A stretch of DNA of 64,000 bases, taken from Patescibacteria group bacterium. Lineage in GTDB: Bacteria; Patescibacteriota; Patescibacteriia; Patescibacteriales; UBA12465. The notes under the pieces are model-generated. The model did not search any database, was not told the origin of the DNA, and saw only the letters and a program-made list of their open reading frames with translations. The position numbers were made by a program, and so were the translations under genes. This document shows, piece by piece, positions 17,463 to 25,393 of the stretch; positions within the stretch are counted from its first letter, which is position 1; each line of letters opens with the position of its first letter. The stretch lies in NCBI GenBank assembly GCA_023229115.1, contig JALNZW010000001.1, forward strand, positions 134,861 through 198,860, read 5' to 3'.

Positions 17463-18290
17463 ATGAAAGTTGTTCAAATACAATTCACTTCTTGGGATAA
17501 AAAATATAATTTTAATCCTAGAGATTTAGAACTTAAAGAAGGTGATATAGTGATAGTGGAAACTGAGTTTGGTCAAGAGATTGGTGAGGTTTTTGATTTT
17601 AAAGAATTAACCAAGGAGGATTTAGATAGAATTGATGATGAAATAAAACCAGTTGTTAGAATAGCTAATGATGACGATTTATCTAAAATAACTTCAGAAT
17701 CAGAAAAAGAAGAAGCCTTGGAGTATTGCAATAAGTTAATAGAAAAATACGATTTACCAATGAAATTAGTTGATATTCATTTTTCTTTGGATAAAAATAG
17801 AATTAATTTTGCTTTTTATTCTGAAAATAGGGTTGATTTTAGAAATTTAGTTAAAGATTTAAGTTCTCATTTTAAAGGTGTTATTCGTTTAACTCAAATT
17901 GGAAGTCGTGATGAAGCTAAGATTAGTGGTGATTTTGGTCATTGTGGACGAATTCTTTGTTGTCGTGGTTTTATGAAGGATTTTTTTTCTATTGGTTCTG
18001 AAATGGCTGAGGCTCAACAAGTTTCTCATCGTGGCAGTGAACGTGTTTCCGGAATGTGCGGAAAATTAATGTGCTGTTTGTCTTATGAATATGAGGGATA
18101 TGTTGAATTGTCAAAAAATTTACCACCCATAGGAACAAGAGTTAATGTTGATGGTCGAAGAGGGGAAGTGGTTGGTCATCATATATTAAAGCAATCTGTA
18201 AATGTTTTATTTAAAGGAGAGAAAGATGGTGAAAATGATATTGTTGTGGAAGTTGATATTAATCGTCATAAAAAGAAAAAATCCGAATAA
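17463..18290 (+). CDS. PSP1 domain protein (YaaT/RicT-like)
   Basis: The Cys-rich PSP1 C-terminal block GDFGHCGRILCCRGFMKDFFSI...GMCGKLMCCLSYE is characteristic of the YaaT/RicT family. Confidence 0.8.
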   Translation: MKVVQIQFTSWDKKYNFNPRDLELKEGDIVIVETEFGQEIGEVFDFKELTKEDLDRIDDEIKPVVRIANDDDLSKITSESEKEEALEYCNKLIEKYDLPMKLVDIHFSLDKNRINFAFYSENRVDFRNLVKDLSSHFKGVIRLTQIGSRDEAKISGDFGHCGRILCCRGFMKDFFSIGSEMAEAQQVSHRGSERVSGMCGKLMCCLSYEYEGYVELSKNLPPIGTRVNVDGRRGEVVGHHILKQSVNVLFKGEKDGENDIVVEVDINRHKKKKSE

Positions 18291-18293
18291 AAA

Positions 18294-18327
18294 TAAAAAA
18301 GCCCATTTCTTGGGCTTTTATTTTTTA
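18294..18327. terminator. Bidirectional terminator between convergent genes
   Basis: GCCCA (18301-18305) pairs with TGGGC (18311-18315), with an A-run upstream and a T-run downstream. Confidence 0.7.
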
Positions 18328-18585
18328 ATCAACTTTAGATATTAGGTTGTTTATATCTTTGGTTATTTCTTTTCTGATTTTTGTTCTTGATTCTAGGTCT
18401 TCAACCAGAAAAAGATTGGATATGGATAATTTTATCTCATCTTTTTCTATTTTGTATTTGGGATTTTGATTTTTATCAAGAATTTCTCTGGCTTTTATCA
18501 TGAAATCAATTGCTTCCATGTTTAAAATGTTATCCTCATTAATATAATCCATGGCAAAAAATTTAAATTTTAATTTACGATACAA
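18325..18585 (-). CDS. Hypothetical small protein (orphan)
   Basis: 86-aa ORF. The true start may be the internal MDYINEDN. I recognise no motif. Confidence 0.45.
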   Translation of the reverse strand: MYRKLKFKFFAMDYINEDNILNMEAIDFMIKAREILDKNQNPKYKIEKDEIKLSISNLFLVEDLESRTKIRKEITKDINNLISKVD

Positions 18586-18592
18586 CGTTTAG

Positions 18593-18626
18593 AAAAGAGC
18601 CTTCACAATGTTAGGCTCTTTTTTTT
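18593..18626. terminator. Hairpin terminator between the two minus-strand orphan ORFs
   Basis: GAGCCT (18597-18602) pairs with AGGCTC (18613-18618), flanked by A-run and T-run. Confidence 0.55.
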
Positions 18627-18948
18627 AGTTTTTCATGGCCATTAAGGTGTTTACTTTTTTGGCCATTTCTTTTTTTACCTCTATTACAATGTTTTTACGA
18701 TTCTCGGCTAAGAGCTTAATAAGGCAGAGTCTTATTTGTCGCTTTTCTTCGCCGAAGAGATCATCGGACTTTTCTCGTATAACTTCTTTTACCTTTTGAG
18801 TAAAAGACAGTATGTCTAGCTCTTGTACGTCCTTATCAGAAATCCAATTTCTTTCCATCTTATCTATTTTTTTGTTGTGTGCTACGTTATTTTGTGTTAT
18901 AATTTGGTTATAACCAAATATAGTTACATCATTTTTTAAAAAAGTCAA
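18625..18948 (-). CDS. Hypothetical small protein (orphan)
   Basis: 107-aa ORF from an alternative start. The internal MERNWISDKD may be the real start. It looks helical and I recognise no motif. Confidence 0.45.
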   Translation of the reverse strand: MTFLKNDVTIFGYNQIITQNNVAHNKKIDKMERNWISDKDVQELDILSFTQKVKEVIREKSDDLFGEEKRQIRLCLIKLLAENRKNIVIEVKKEMAKKVNTLMAMKN

Positions 18949-18974
18949 TACCTATTTTAAATTAATAAAAATAT

Positions 18975-19460
18975 ATGTTTGAAAATTTTTTTAATAAGAA
19001 AAAGGAGAAGCCATTTTTAAGCGTGGCTGATTATAATGTTTTTTTAAATGAAAAAAAAGTCGAACAAAGCAATGATGAAATTAAATCCTTGTTAGAAAAG
19101 ATTATTAATTCTCCAGAAGTTTATATAGAAAATCTTAAAGGGCAAAAATTAATTGGTAATGATTTCGATACGGCCAGAGAGATTATTTGGAGAAATTTAA
19201 ATTCTGATAATAATGAAATGAAAAAAATAGAGGAAGCTTTAAATCAAAACAAGCTTTCTTATAATAGAGTTTCACAGTTGTTGCTGATTCTTGATTTAGC
19301 CAAAGACAAATTAATTAAAGTTGATGATTTAAAGAAAAAACTTTCTTCTTTAATTGCTAAGGTTGATAATAAAAAATATTCAAACATGGCACTAGATGAA
19401 AAAGAGTTTTTTATGAATAAGGTTGACGAAATAGCAACTCATCTTTATGATCGTCTATAA
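18975..19460 (+). CDS. Hypothetical protein (orphan, helical)
   Basis: 161-aa ORF divergent from 18625-18948. I recognise no motif. Confidence 0.5.
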   Translation: MFENFFNKKKEKPFLSVADYNVFLNEKKVEQSNDEIKSLLEKIINSPEVYIENLKGQKLIGNDFDTAREIIWRNLNSDNNEMKKIEEALNQNKLSYNRVSQLLLILDLAKDKLIKVDDLKKKLSSLIAKVDNKKYSNMALDEKEFFMNKVDEIATHLYDRL

Positions 19461-19512
19461 TAAAAAATTATAATTAAAATAACCACTTGATTAAAAAGTG
19501 GAAATAAAATTT

Positions 19513-20526
19513 ATGCCAAAAAATTTAAACATTGCTATCAATGGCTTCGGTCGAATCGGCCGAGCAGTTTGTAAAATTATTATTGACAAAAATCCTAATT
19601 ACAAGATAGTGGCTATTAATGATTTAACTGATACTAAAACATTAGCTCATCTTCTAAAATATGATTCAGCCTACGGTGTTTATGATAAAAAAATTTCATC
19701 CGATGAAAAAAATATAATTATTGCTGGTAAAAAAATTCCAGTTTTCTCAGAGAAAGATCCATCTCTTTTGCCTTGGTCTAAAATGAAAGTTGATGTTGTT
19801 TTAGAGTGCACCGGAAGATTTACTAATAAAGAGAGCTTGGGTTTGCATATTAAAGCTGGCGCTAAAAAGGTTATTCTTTCGGCCCCTTCTAAGGGTGAAG
19901 AAAAAGTTAAAACTATAGTTATTGGGGTTAACGAAGAAAAGATTAATAAAAATGATAATGTTTTGTCTTGCGCTTCTTGCACAACTAATTGTTTAGCTCC
20001 AGTAACCGAAGTTATTAGAAAGAATTTTGGTATTAAAAAAGCCTTGATGACAACTATCCATGCCTATACAGCTGATCAAAATTTGGTAGATGGTCCGCAT
20101 AGAGACTTAAGAAGGGCTCGTAGTGCCGCTTTAAATATTGTACCAACAACAACTGGCGCTGCTAAAGCTATCGCTTTAACAATCCCTTCTTTAGCTGGAA
20201 CTTTTGATGGTTTGGCAGTTAGAGTTCCAGTGGTGGTTGGTTCTTTGTGCGACACGGTTTTTGTTTTAAAGAAAAAAGTTAAGACTGAAGATGTTAATAA
20301 GGCCTTTGTAAAAGCTTCAAAAACAGCGAAGTTTAAAAATGTTATTGAAGCTTCAACCGAGCCTTTGGTTTCAAGTGATATAGTTAAAAATAGTCACAGC
20401 ACTATTGTTGATCTTTCTTTGACAAAGGTTATGGGTGGTGATTTGTTAAAAGTTGTTGCCTGGTATGATAATGAGTGGGGTTATTCTTGTCGTTTAGTTG
20501 ATTTAATAAAATATTTAAAATGGTAA
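19513..20526 (+). CDS. gap: Glyceraldehyde-3-phosphate dehydrogenase, type I
   Basis: INGFGRIGR, SCASCTTNCLAP (active-site Cys) and WYDNEWGYS motifs. I prefer ATG 19513 over GTG 19498. Confidence 0.95.
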   Translation: MPKNLNIAINGFGRIGRAVCKIIIDKNPNYKIVAINDLTDTKTLAHLLKYDSAYGVYDKKISSDEKNIIIAGKKIPVFSEKDPSLLPWSKMKVDVVLECTGRFTNKESLGLHIKAGAKKVILSAPSKGEEKVKTIVIGVNEEKINKNDNVLSCASCTTNCLAPVTEVIRKNFGIKKALMTTIHAYTADQNLVDGPHRDLRRARSAALNIVPTTTGAAKAIALTIPSLAGTFDGLAVRVPVVVGSLCDTVFVLKKKVKTEDVNKAFVKASKTAKFKNVIEASTEPLVSSDIVKNSHSTIVDLSLTKVMGGDLLKVVAWYDNEWGYSCRLVDLIKYLKW

Positions 20527-20527
20527 T

Positions 20528-21586
20528 ATGGCCAATCTTTTAGATAAAATTAAGAAAGTTGAATTGGTTGGTCGTGGAGGGGCTTCTTTTCCTGTTTATT
20601 TAAAATGGAAAACTGTTAAAAGTGAAAAAAGTTTAGAAAAATATTTAGTGATAAATGGAGCAGAAGGTGAGCCTGGTATATATAAGGATGCCTATATAAT
20701 AAATAATTATCCAGAAGAGTTAATGGGTGGGGTAAAGATTGCATCTGATTTTATTAAAGCTAAAAAGATTTATTTTTATTTAAACAAAAGTCTTTATGAC
20801 TCAAAAAATAAATTAAATAGAATAGCTAATTCTGTTGGTTTGAAGGGTGAGATTATTTTTTTTCTAAAGCCGGTAGATTCTGGTTATATTGCCGGAGAAG
20901 AATCTACTATTTTAAATATTATAGAAGGAAAAAATATTGAATCTCGTCTTAGACCACCATTTCCGGCTTGTAGCGGTCTTTTTGGCATGCCGACTTTAAT
21001 TAATAATATTGAAACTATTTATAATGTTTATTTGGTAGGTAAAAATAAATATCAAAATAAGAGATTTTATTCTATTAATTTTAATAAAAAAAATAAAGGA
21101 GTTTATTTTTTGTCAGAAAATTTGAGTATTAAACAAGTTTTGAAAGAAACTAAAAACTATCCTGATTATAATTTCTTTGTTCAAATTGGCGGAGATGCTT
21201 CGGGTGAGGTTTTAAACAGTAATCAATTAAATAAAAAAGTCGATGGAGCTGGATCTATCACTATTTACAACTTAGAAAAACATCAGCCAGAAAAATTATT
21301 AAAGTATTGGTTGAATTTTTTTAGAGATAATTCTTGTGGTAAATGTACTCCTTGTCGTGAAGGAACATATCGTCTTTGTGAGATGTTTGACAACTTTTCT
21401 TTAGATATGAGAAAAGAAAAAGATTTTTCTGATTTATGTGATAATTTGTTTTTGTCATCATTTTGTGCCCTAGGAACATCAGCTCCAATAGCTGTTCTTA
21501 GTTATTTTAAAAATGTTTACGAACCTTTAATTGTTTCTCAAAAAAATTTAAAGGTCTTGAAAAAAAATGTCAAAAGAAAAAAATAA
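20528..21586 (+). CDS. NuoF/HydB-like NADH-binding flavoprotein subunit (short form)
   Basis: GRGGASFPVYLKW, NGAEGEPGIYKD, YIAGEESTILNIIEG, RPPFPACSGLFGMPTLINNIET and SCGKCTPCREG...FCALG match the 51-kDa NuoF signatures. At 352 aa it has no extra ferredoxin domains. Confidence 0.85.
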   Translation: MANLLDKIKKVELVGRGGASFPVYLKWKTVKSEKSLEKYLVINGAEGEPGIYKDAYIINNYPEELMGGVKIASDFIKAKKIYFYLNKSLYDSKNKLNRIANSVGLKGEIIFFLKPVDSGYIAGEESTILNIIEGKNIESRLRPPFPACSGLFGMPTLINNIETIYNVYLVGKNKYQNKRFYSINFNKKNKGVYFLSENLSIKQVLKETKNYPDYNFFVQIGGDASGEVLNSNQLNKKVDGAGSITIYNLEKHQPEKLLKYWLNFFRDNSCGKCTPCREGTYRLCEMFDNFSLDMRKEKDFSDLCDNLFLSSFCALGTSAPIAVLSYFKNVYEPLIVSQKNLKVLKKNVKRKK

Positions 21587-23297
21587 GGAAATTAGGATAA
21601 AAATAGACGGTAAATCATACAAATGTGTGTCAGGAGAAAAAATATTAGACGTAGCTAAAAGAAATAATATTTTCATTCCATCTCTTTGTCATCACTCTGA
21701 TTTAGATATTAAGGCTAATTGTCGTGTTTGTGTGGTTGAAATTAAGGGTTATAATCGTTTGATGACTTCTTGTTCAACTATTGCTTGTGATGGAATGGAA
21801 GTTTTTACCAATTCTCCTAAAGTTAAATTATCGAGAGATACTAATTTAAAATTAATATTTTCAACTCATATTGAAAAATGCTCTGATTGTAGCTCTAGGT
21901 TTAATTGTGACTTACTTTCTTTGGCTAGGAGGTATGGTTTGAATATTGCCAATTTTAAAGATCGTAAAAGTAAAAGAAAAACATATAAATTTTCTAATTC
22001 AGTTGAAATTGATGGTAGTCAGTGTATAGATTGTCAAAATTGTGTTGATGTTTGTTCTAATGTTCAGAAAATAAATTATTTAAAAAAAACAGGGAAGGGG
22101 TATAAGCAAGAAATAGTTCCAACTGAAGATGAAAATATTGAATGCATTTATTGTGGACAATGTACATTACATTGTCCAGTAGCTTCAGCTCAAGAACAAT
22201 ATAATTGGGACGAAGTTGAGAATATTTTAGCCAATAAAAAAGGAAAAAAACTTATAGCAATGATTGCTCCGTCTACCAGAATTTCAATTGGAGAAATGTT
22301 TGGCTTTCCTTATGGTTATAACGCTGCTGATCAAATGGTAGGCGCTTTAAAAAAACTTGGCTTTGATGAAGTTGTTGATGTTAATTTTGGGGCTGATGTA
22401 ACAACCCTAGTTGAAGCTGAAGAACTTTTAGAAAGATTGTCCGATAAAAAAGCTAAATTACCGATGATTACTTCTTGTTGTCCGGCTTGGGTAAAATATT
22501 TAGAATTTTATCGACCAGACTTAATACCACATTTAACAAGTTCTAGATCTCCTCAAATTCATTTAGGTGGAATTATAAAGACTTATTGGGCGCAAAAAAA
22601 GAATATTAAGCCAAAAGATATTGTAACTGTTTCAATAATGCCTTGCACGGCTAAAAAATTTGAATCTCGAAGACCAGAATTAAAGATTAATGGACTTTAT
22701 CCAATAGATGAAGTGATGACCGTTAGGGAATTGGCTTTTTTAATAAAAAAGAATGGAATTGATTTTAAAAATCTTAAAAAGGTAAAATCTAACGATTTAT
22801 TTAATGATGGTAGTGGAGCAGCTGTTATTTATGGAGCTTCTGGGGGCGTAATGGAATCAGCCCTAAGAACCGCTAGTCATATAATCTGTAAAGGTTCGAA
22901 TAAAGCTAAGATTTGCCATTCTAGGCTTGAATTTAAAGAAGTTAGGGGATTAAAGGGTGTTAAGGAGGTAAGCATTAATTTGGACGGAAACAAGCTTAAT
23001 ATAGCTGTGGTCAATGGTATTGGTAATATAAAGGAAGTTTTGTCAAAATTAAAAAAATATCATTATATAGAAGTTATGGCTTGTCCCGGTGGTTGTATTG
23101 GTGGTGGTGGTCAAATTATACCAAGTTCAATGGATATAGTTCAAAAGAGAATGGAAGGGCTGTATAGTAGTGATAAAAAAGAGAAAGTAAGAACCGCTCA
23201 TGATAATCAAGTCGCAGTTGAAGCATTTAACTGGATAAAAAGCAATAAATTATCTCACAAAGTTCTACATACTAAATACGTGAGTAGAAAAAAATAA
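21567..23297 (+). CDS. [FeFe]-hydrogenase catalytic subunit (group A type)
   Basis: N-terminal 2Fe-2S-like fold, CxxCxxCxxxC ferredoxin motifs, and H-cluster motifs TSCCPAW, MPCTAKKFE and MACPGGCIGGGGQ. It overlaps the NuoF-like gene by 20 nt. Confidence 0.92.
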   Translation: MSKEKNKEIRIKIDGKSYKCVSGEKILDVAKRNNIFIPSLCHHSDLDIKANCRVCVVEIKGYNRLMTSCSTIACDGMEVFTNSPKVKLSRDTNLKLIFSTHIEKCSDCSSRFNCDLLSLARRYGLNIANFKDRKSKRKTYKFSNSVEIDGSQCIDCQNCVDVCSNVQKINYLKKTGKGYKQEIVPTEDENIECIYCGQCTLHCPVASAQEQYNWDEVENILANKKGKKLIAMIAPSTRISIGEMFGFPYGYNAADQMVGALKKLGFDEVVDVNFGADVTTLVEAEELLERLSDKKAKLPMITSCCPAWVKYLEFYRPDLIPHLTSSRSPQIHLGGIIKTYWAQKKNIKPKDIVTVSIMPCTAKKFESRRPELKINGLYPIDEVMTVRELAFLIKKNGIDFKNLKKVKSNDLFNDGSGAAVIYGASGGVMESALRTASHIICKGSNKAKICHSRLEFKEVRGLKGVKEVSINLDGNKLNIAVVNGIGNIKEVLSKLKKYHYIEVMACPGGCIGGGGQIIPSSMDIVQKRMEGLYSSDKKEKVRTAHDNQVAVEAFNWIKSNKLSHKVLHTKYVSRKK

Positions 23298-23312
23298 TTA
23301 ATTAATAATTTT

Positions 23313-23576
23313 ATGGAAAAATTAGCTAGTATTACAATTTTAACCACTAACAGGCAGCAAAATTCAACTGAAATTAATAGAATATTAACAGAGAATAGTC
23401 ATTTAATAATTTCTAGAATGGGTGTTAATGTTCAAAAAGCTTGTACAGATAATTGTCCAGGAATGATTCTTTTAGCTTTGAAAGGAGAAGAGTTAAAAAT
23501 TTTAAACATGTTAGAATCATTAAATAGAATAGACGAGATTAAAGCTGAAATTCATCTTTTTCAAGAAGAGTTATAA
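23313..23576 (+). CDS. Putative iron-only hydrogenase system regulator (TM1266-like small ACT-like protein)
   Basis: 87-aa ORF. ITILTTNRQQNSTEINRILTENSHLIISRMGV resembles the TM1266 family that accompanies [FeFe]-hydrogenase genes, and the gene position fits. Confidence 0.55.
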   Translation: MEKLASITILTTNRQQNSTEINRILTENSHLIISRMGVNVQKACTDNCPGMILLALKGEELKILNMLESLNRIDEIKAEIHLFQEEL

Positions 23577-23591
23577 TATAAATTTAATTTT

Positions 23592-23807
23592 ATGAATAAT
23601 TTAAACCAATTAGAGTTTGGATTTATTGTATTTTTGTCTATTTTAATTATTTGGACTATTCCTTGGAAGGGTGTAGCTTTGTGGAAGTCAGCTAAAAATG
23701 ATCATAAGTAGTGGTTTGTTGCTATGCTTTTAATTAATTCTTTGGCTATATTAGAGATTGTATATATATTTGGATTTAGTAAAAATAAAAAAGTGCTTAA
23801 AAATTAG
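23592..23807 (+). pseudogene. DUF5652-like two-TM mini-protein gene interrupted by an in-frame TAG at 23709-23711
   Basis: The frame reads MNNLNQLEFGFIVFLSILIIWTIPWKGVALWKSAKNDHK*WFVAMLLINSLAILEIVYIFGFSKNKKVLKN*. Both halves together reproduce the W.G.ALWK....WF......N..GILEI.Y.F pattern I associate with DUF5652. Confidence 0.55.
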
Positions 23808-23859
23808 GTTTTTTGTATAAATTATTTATACATATATTATTATAATTATTTAAAATAAT

Positions 23860-24027
23860 ATGGGTCATGAAATTGAAGCAGATTTTGTTTATGATTATCA
23901 CAATGAAGACTCCCAATGTCAAAAATGTACAAGTTTTAAAAATTTAGGAAATCATGGTTTTTGCAGTGAGGCTAATTCTGAGGTTCCTTTAACTGGACAT
24001 TGTGATTTTTTTCAGTCAATAAATTAA
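23860..24027 (+). CDS. Small cysteine-rich protein, HiPIP-like 4-Cys pattern (below ORF-track cutoff)
   Basis: Translates to MGHEIEADFVYDYHNEDSQCQKCTSFKNLGNHGFCSEANSEVPLTGHCDFFQSIN*. The spacing is C-x2-C-x11-C-x12-C, with QCxxC..F and V..GHC..F contexts like high-potential iron-sulfur proteins. Confidence 0.45.
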   Translation: MGHEIEADFVYDYHNEDSQCQKCTSFKNLGNHGFCSEANSEVPLTGHCDFFQSIN

Positions 24028-24053
24028 TTTTTTAAAAAATAATTTTAAATTTT

Positions 24054-24368
24054 ATGATTATTACAACCGGAGAGCAAATTCCTGGGAAGGAAATAGAAAA
24101 GATTTTAGGCGTGGTTAGGGGCGGTACTGTTAGGGCCAGAAATATTGGTCGTGATATTTTTGCTGGTTTAAAAAATATTGTTGGTGGGGAAATTAGCGAA
24201 TATACAAAATTACAAGCCGAGTCTAGGGAAGAAGCTATTTATAGAATGGAAGAAGATGCTAAGAAATTGGGGGCTGATGCTATAATTGGTATGAAGTTAA
24301 ATACTTCAATGATTACTCAGGGCGCTTCAGAAATTTTAGCTTATGGAACGGCTGTTAAATTTAAATAA
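24054..24368 (+). CDS. YbjQ/UPF0145 family protein
   Basis: MIITTGEQIPGKEI...GGTVRARNIGRDIFAGLKNIVGGEI is the typical YbjQ family sequence; 104 aa. Confidence 0.85.
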   Translation: MIITTGEQIPGKEIEKILGVVRGGTVRARNIGRDIFAGLKNIVGGEISEYTKLQAESREEAIYRMEEDAKKLGADAIIGMKLNTSMITQGASEILAYGTAVKFK

Positions 24369-24372
24369 AAAT

Positions 24373-24489
24373 ATGTTTAATTTTTGGGATTTTATTTTTA
24401 TTTTTATTTTTTCTATCATTTTGATTTATTTAATATTTGAAAGGCTAAAAGAAAAAAAGAAAGAAAAATTTGAAAAAAGAGATAATTAA
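24373..24489 (+). CDS. Possible 38-aa single-TM mini-protein
   Basis: Translates to MFNFWDFIFIFIFSIILIYLIFERLKEKKKEKFEKRDN*. It fills the gap between two genes on the same strand. There is no homology evidence. Confidence 0.3.
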   Translation: MFNFWDFIFIFIFSIILIYLIFERLKEKKKEKFEKRDN

Positions 24490-24500
24490 AATAATTTTTT

Positions 24501-25289
24501 ATGTCAGAATTAAAAATATTAGGCAAGATAGATTTAAGTAAATTTTCTAAAGAAAAAAAACCCCATATTAACATGGAGGAGTCTTTTAAATTTCTAAATA
24601 ACGAATTAGAAAAAATATCTAGAGAATTTAATAGTTTTTATGGTGATTTCATTGAGAAGGATGGCAGTATTAAGATGATGGGTGAAGATGAGAAGCTTCA
24701 TAAAAATATTGTTTCTACTAAAAGTGAAATTTATGGGGATAAAAAAGATTTTCCCCAAATGGCCGAATTAGCTATAACTGTTTTTTTGAATAAAATAATA
24801 GGTGATCGTTTTATAGTTGTTAGATCGTCGAAATATGATGATTATGAACATGGGGTTGATAATGTTTTAGTTGATAAGCAGACTGGTTTTGTGGTTTGTG
24901 GTTTTGATCAAGTTTTAGGGATGGGCGACAATGATGGTTCTGATAAAAAAAGAGAAAAAGTAGAAAAGATAAATTTAAAAGGTGGCGCTAGATTGGAGTA
25001 TGGGATAAAATTAGATGAAAACCAAAAAATACAGATATCTAAAATGAAAAATGTTCCGGCTTTTTTCCTGGGACTAACTAAAGATGATCTAATTTCTTTG
25101 GTTAAAAATATGTCTGAGGATAAAAATTCTGATGATTTAAGTAATAATATTTTGAATAAAATATTAAAATCTCTTAAAGAGCAGGAAGGAAATATTAAAA
25201 ATCTACTGAAGAACCAAGATAATTTAAGTCTTTTAAATAATGTTAATAAATTTGAAGAATTGTTGTTGTTTTTAGAATCTAAAGTTTAA
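24501..25289 (+). CDS. Hypothetical protein
   Basis: 262-aa ORF with no motif I recognise. Confidence 0.55.
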   Translation: MSELKILGKIDLSKFSKEKKPHINMEESFKFLNNELEKISREFNSFYGDFIEKDGSIKMMGEDEKLHKNIVSTKSEIYGDKKDFPQMAELAITVFLNKIIGDRFIVVRSSKYDDYEHGVDNVLVDKQTGFVVCGFDQVLGMGDNDGSDKKREKVEKINLKGGARLEYGIKLDENQKIQISKMKNVPAFFLGLTKDDLISLVKNMSEDKNSDDLSNNILNKILKSLKEQEGNIKNLLKNQDNLSLLNNVNKFEELLLFLESKV

Positions 25290-25303
25290 TTTAAGCATTT
25301 ATT

Positions 25304-25334
25304 AAAAAATACCGGCTTGACCGGTATTTTTATT
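25304..25334 (+). terminator. Rho-independent terminator
   Basis: ATACCGG pairs with CCGGTAT around loop CTTGA, flanked by A-run and T-run. Confidence 0.75.
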
Positions 25335-25393
25335 TGCCAAAGACTAATAAAAAATATATAATATATTGGCTGTATAAGTAAAAAAATATTAAA

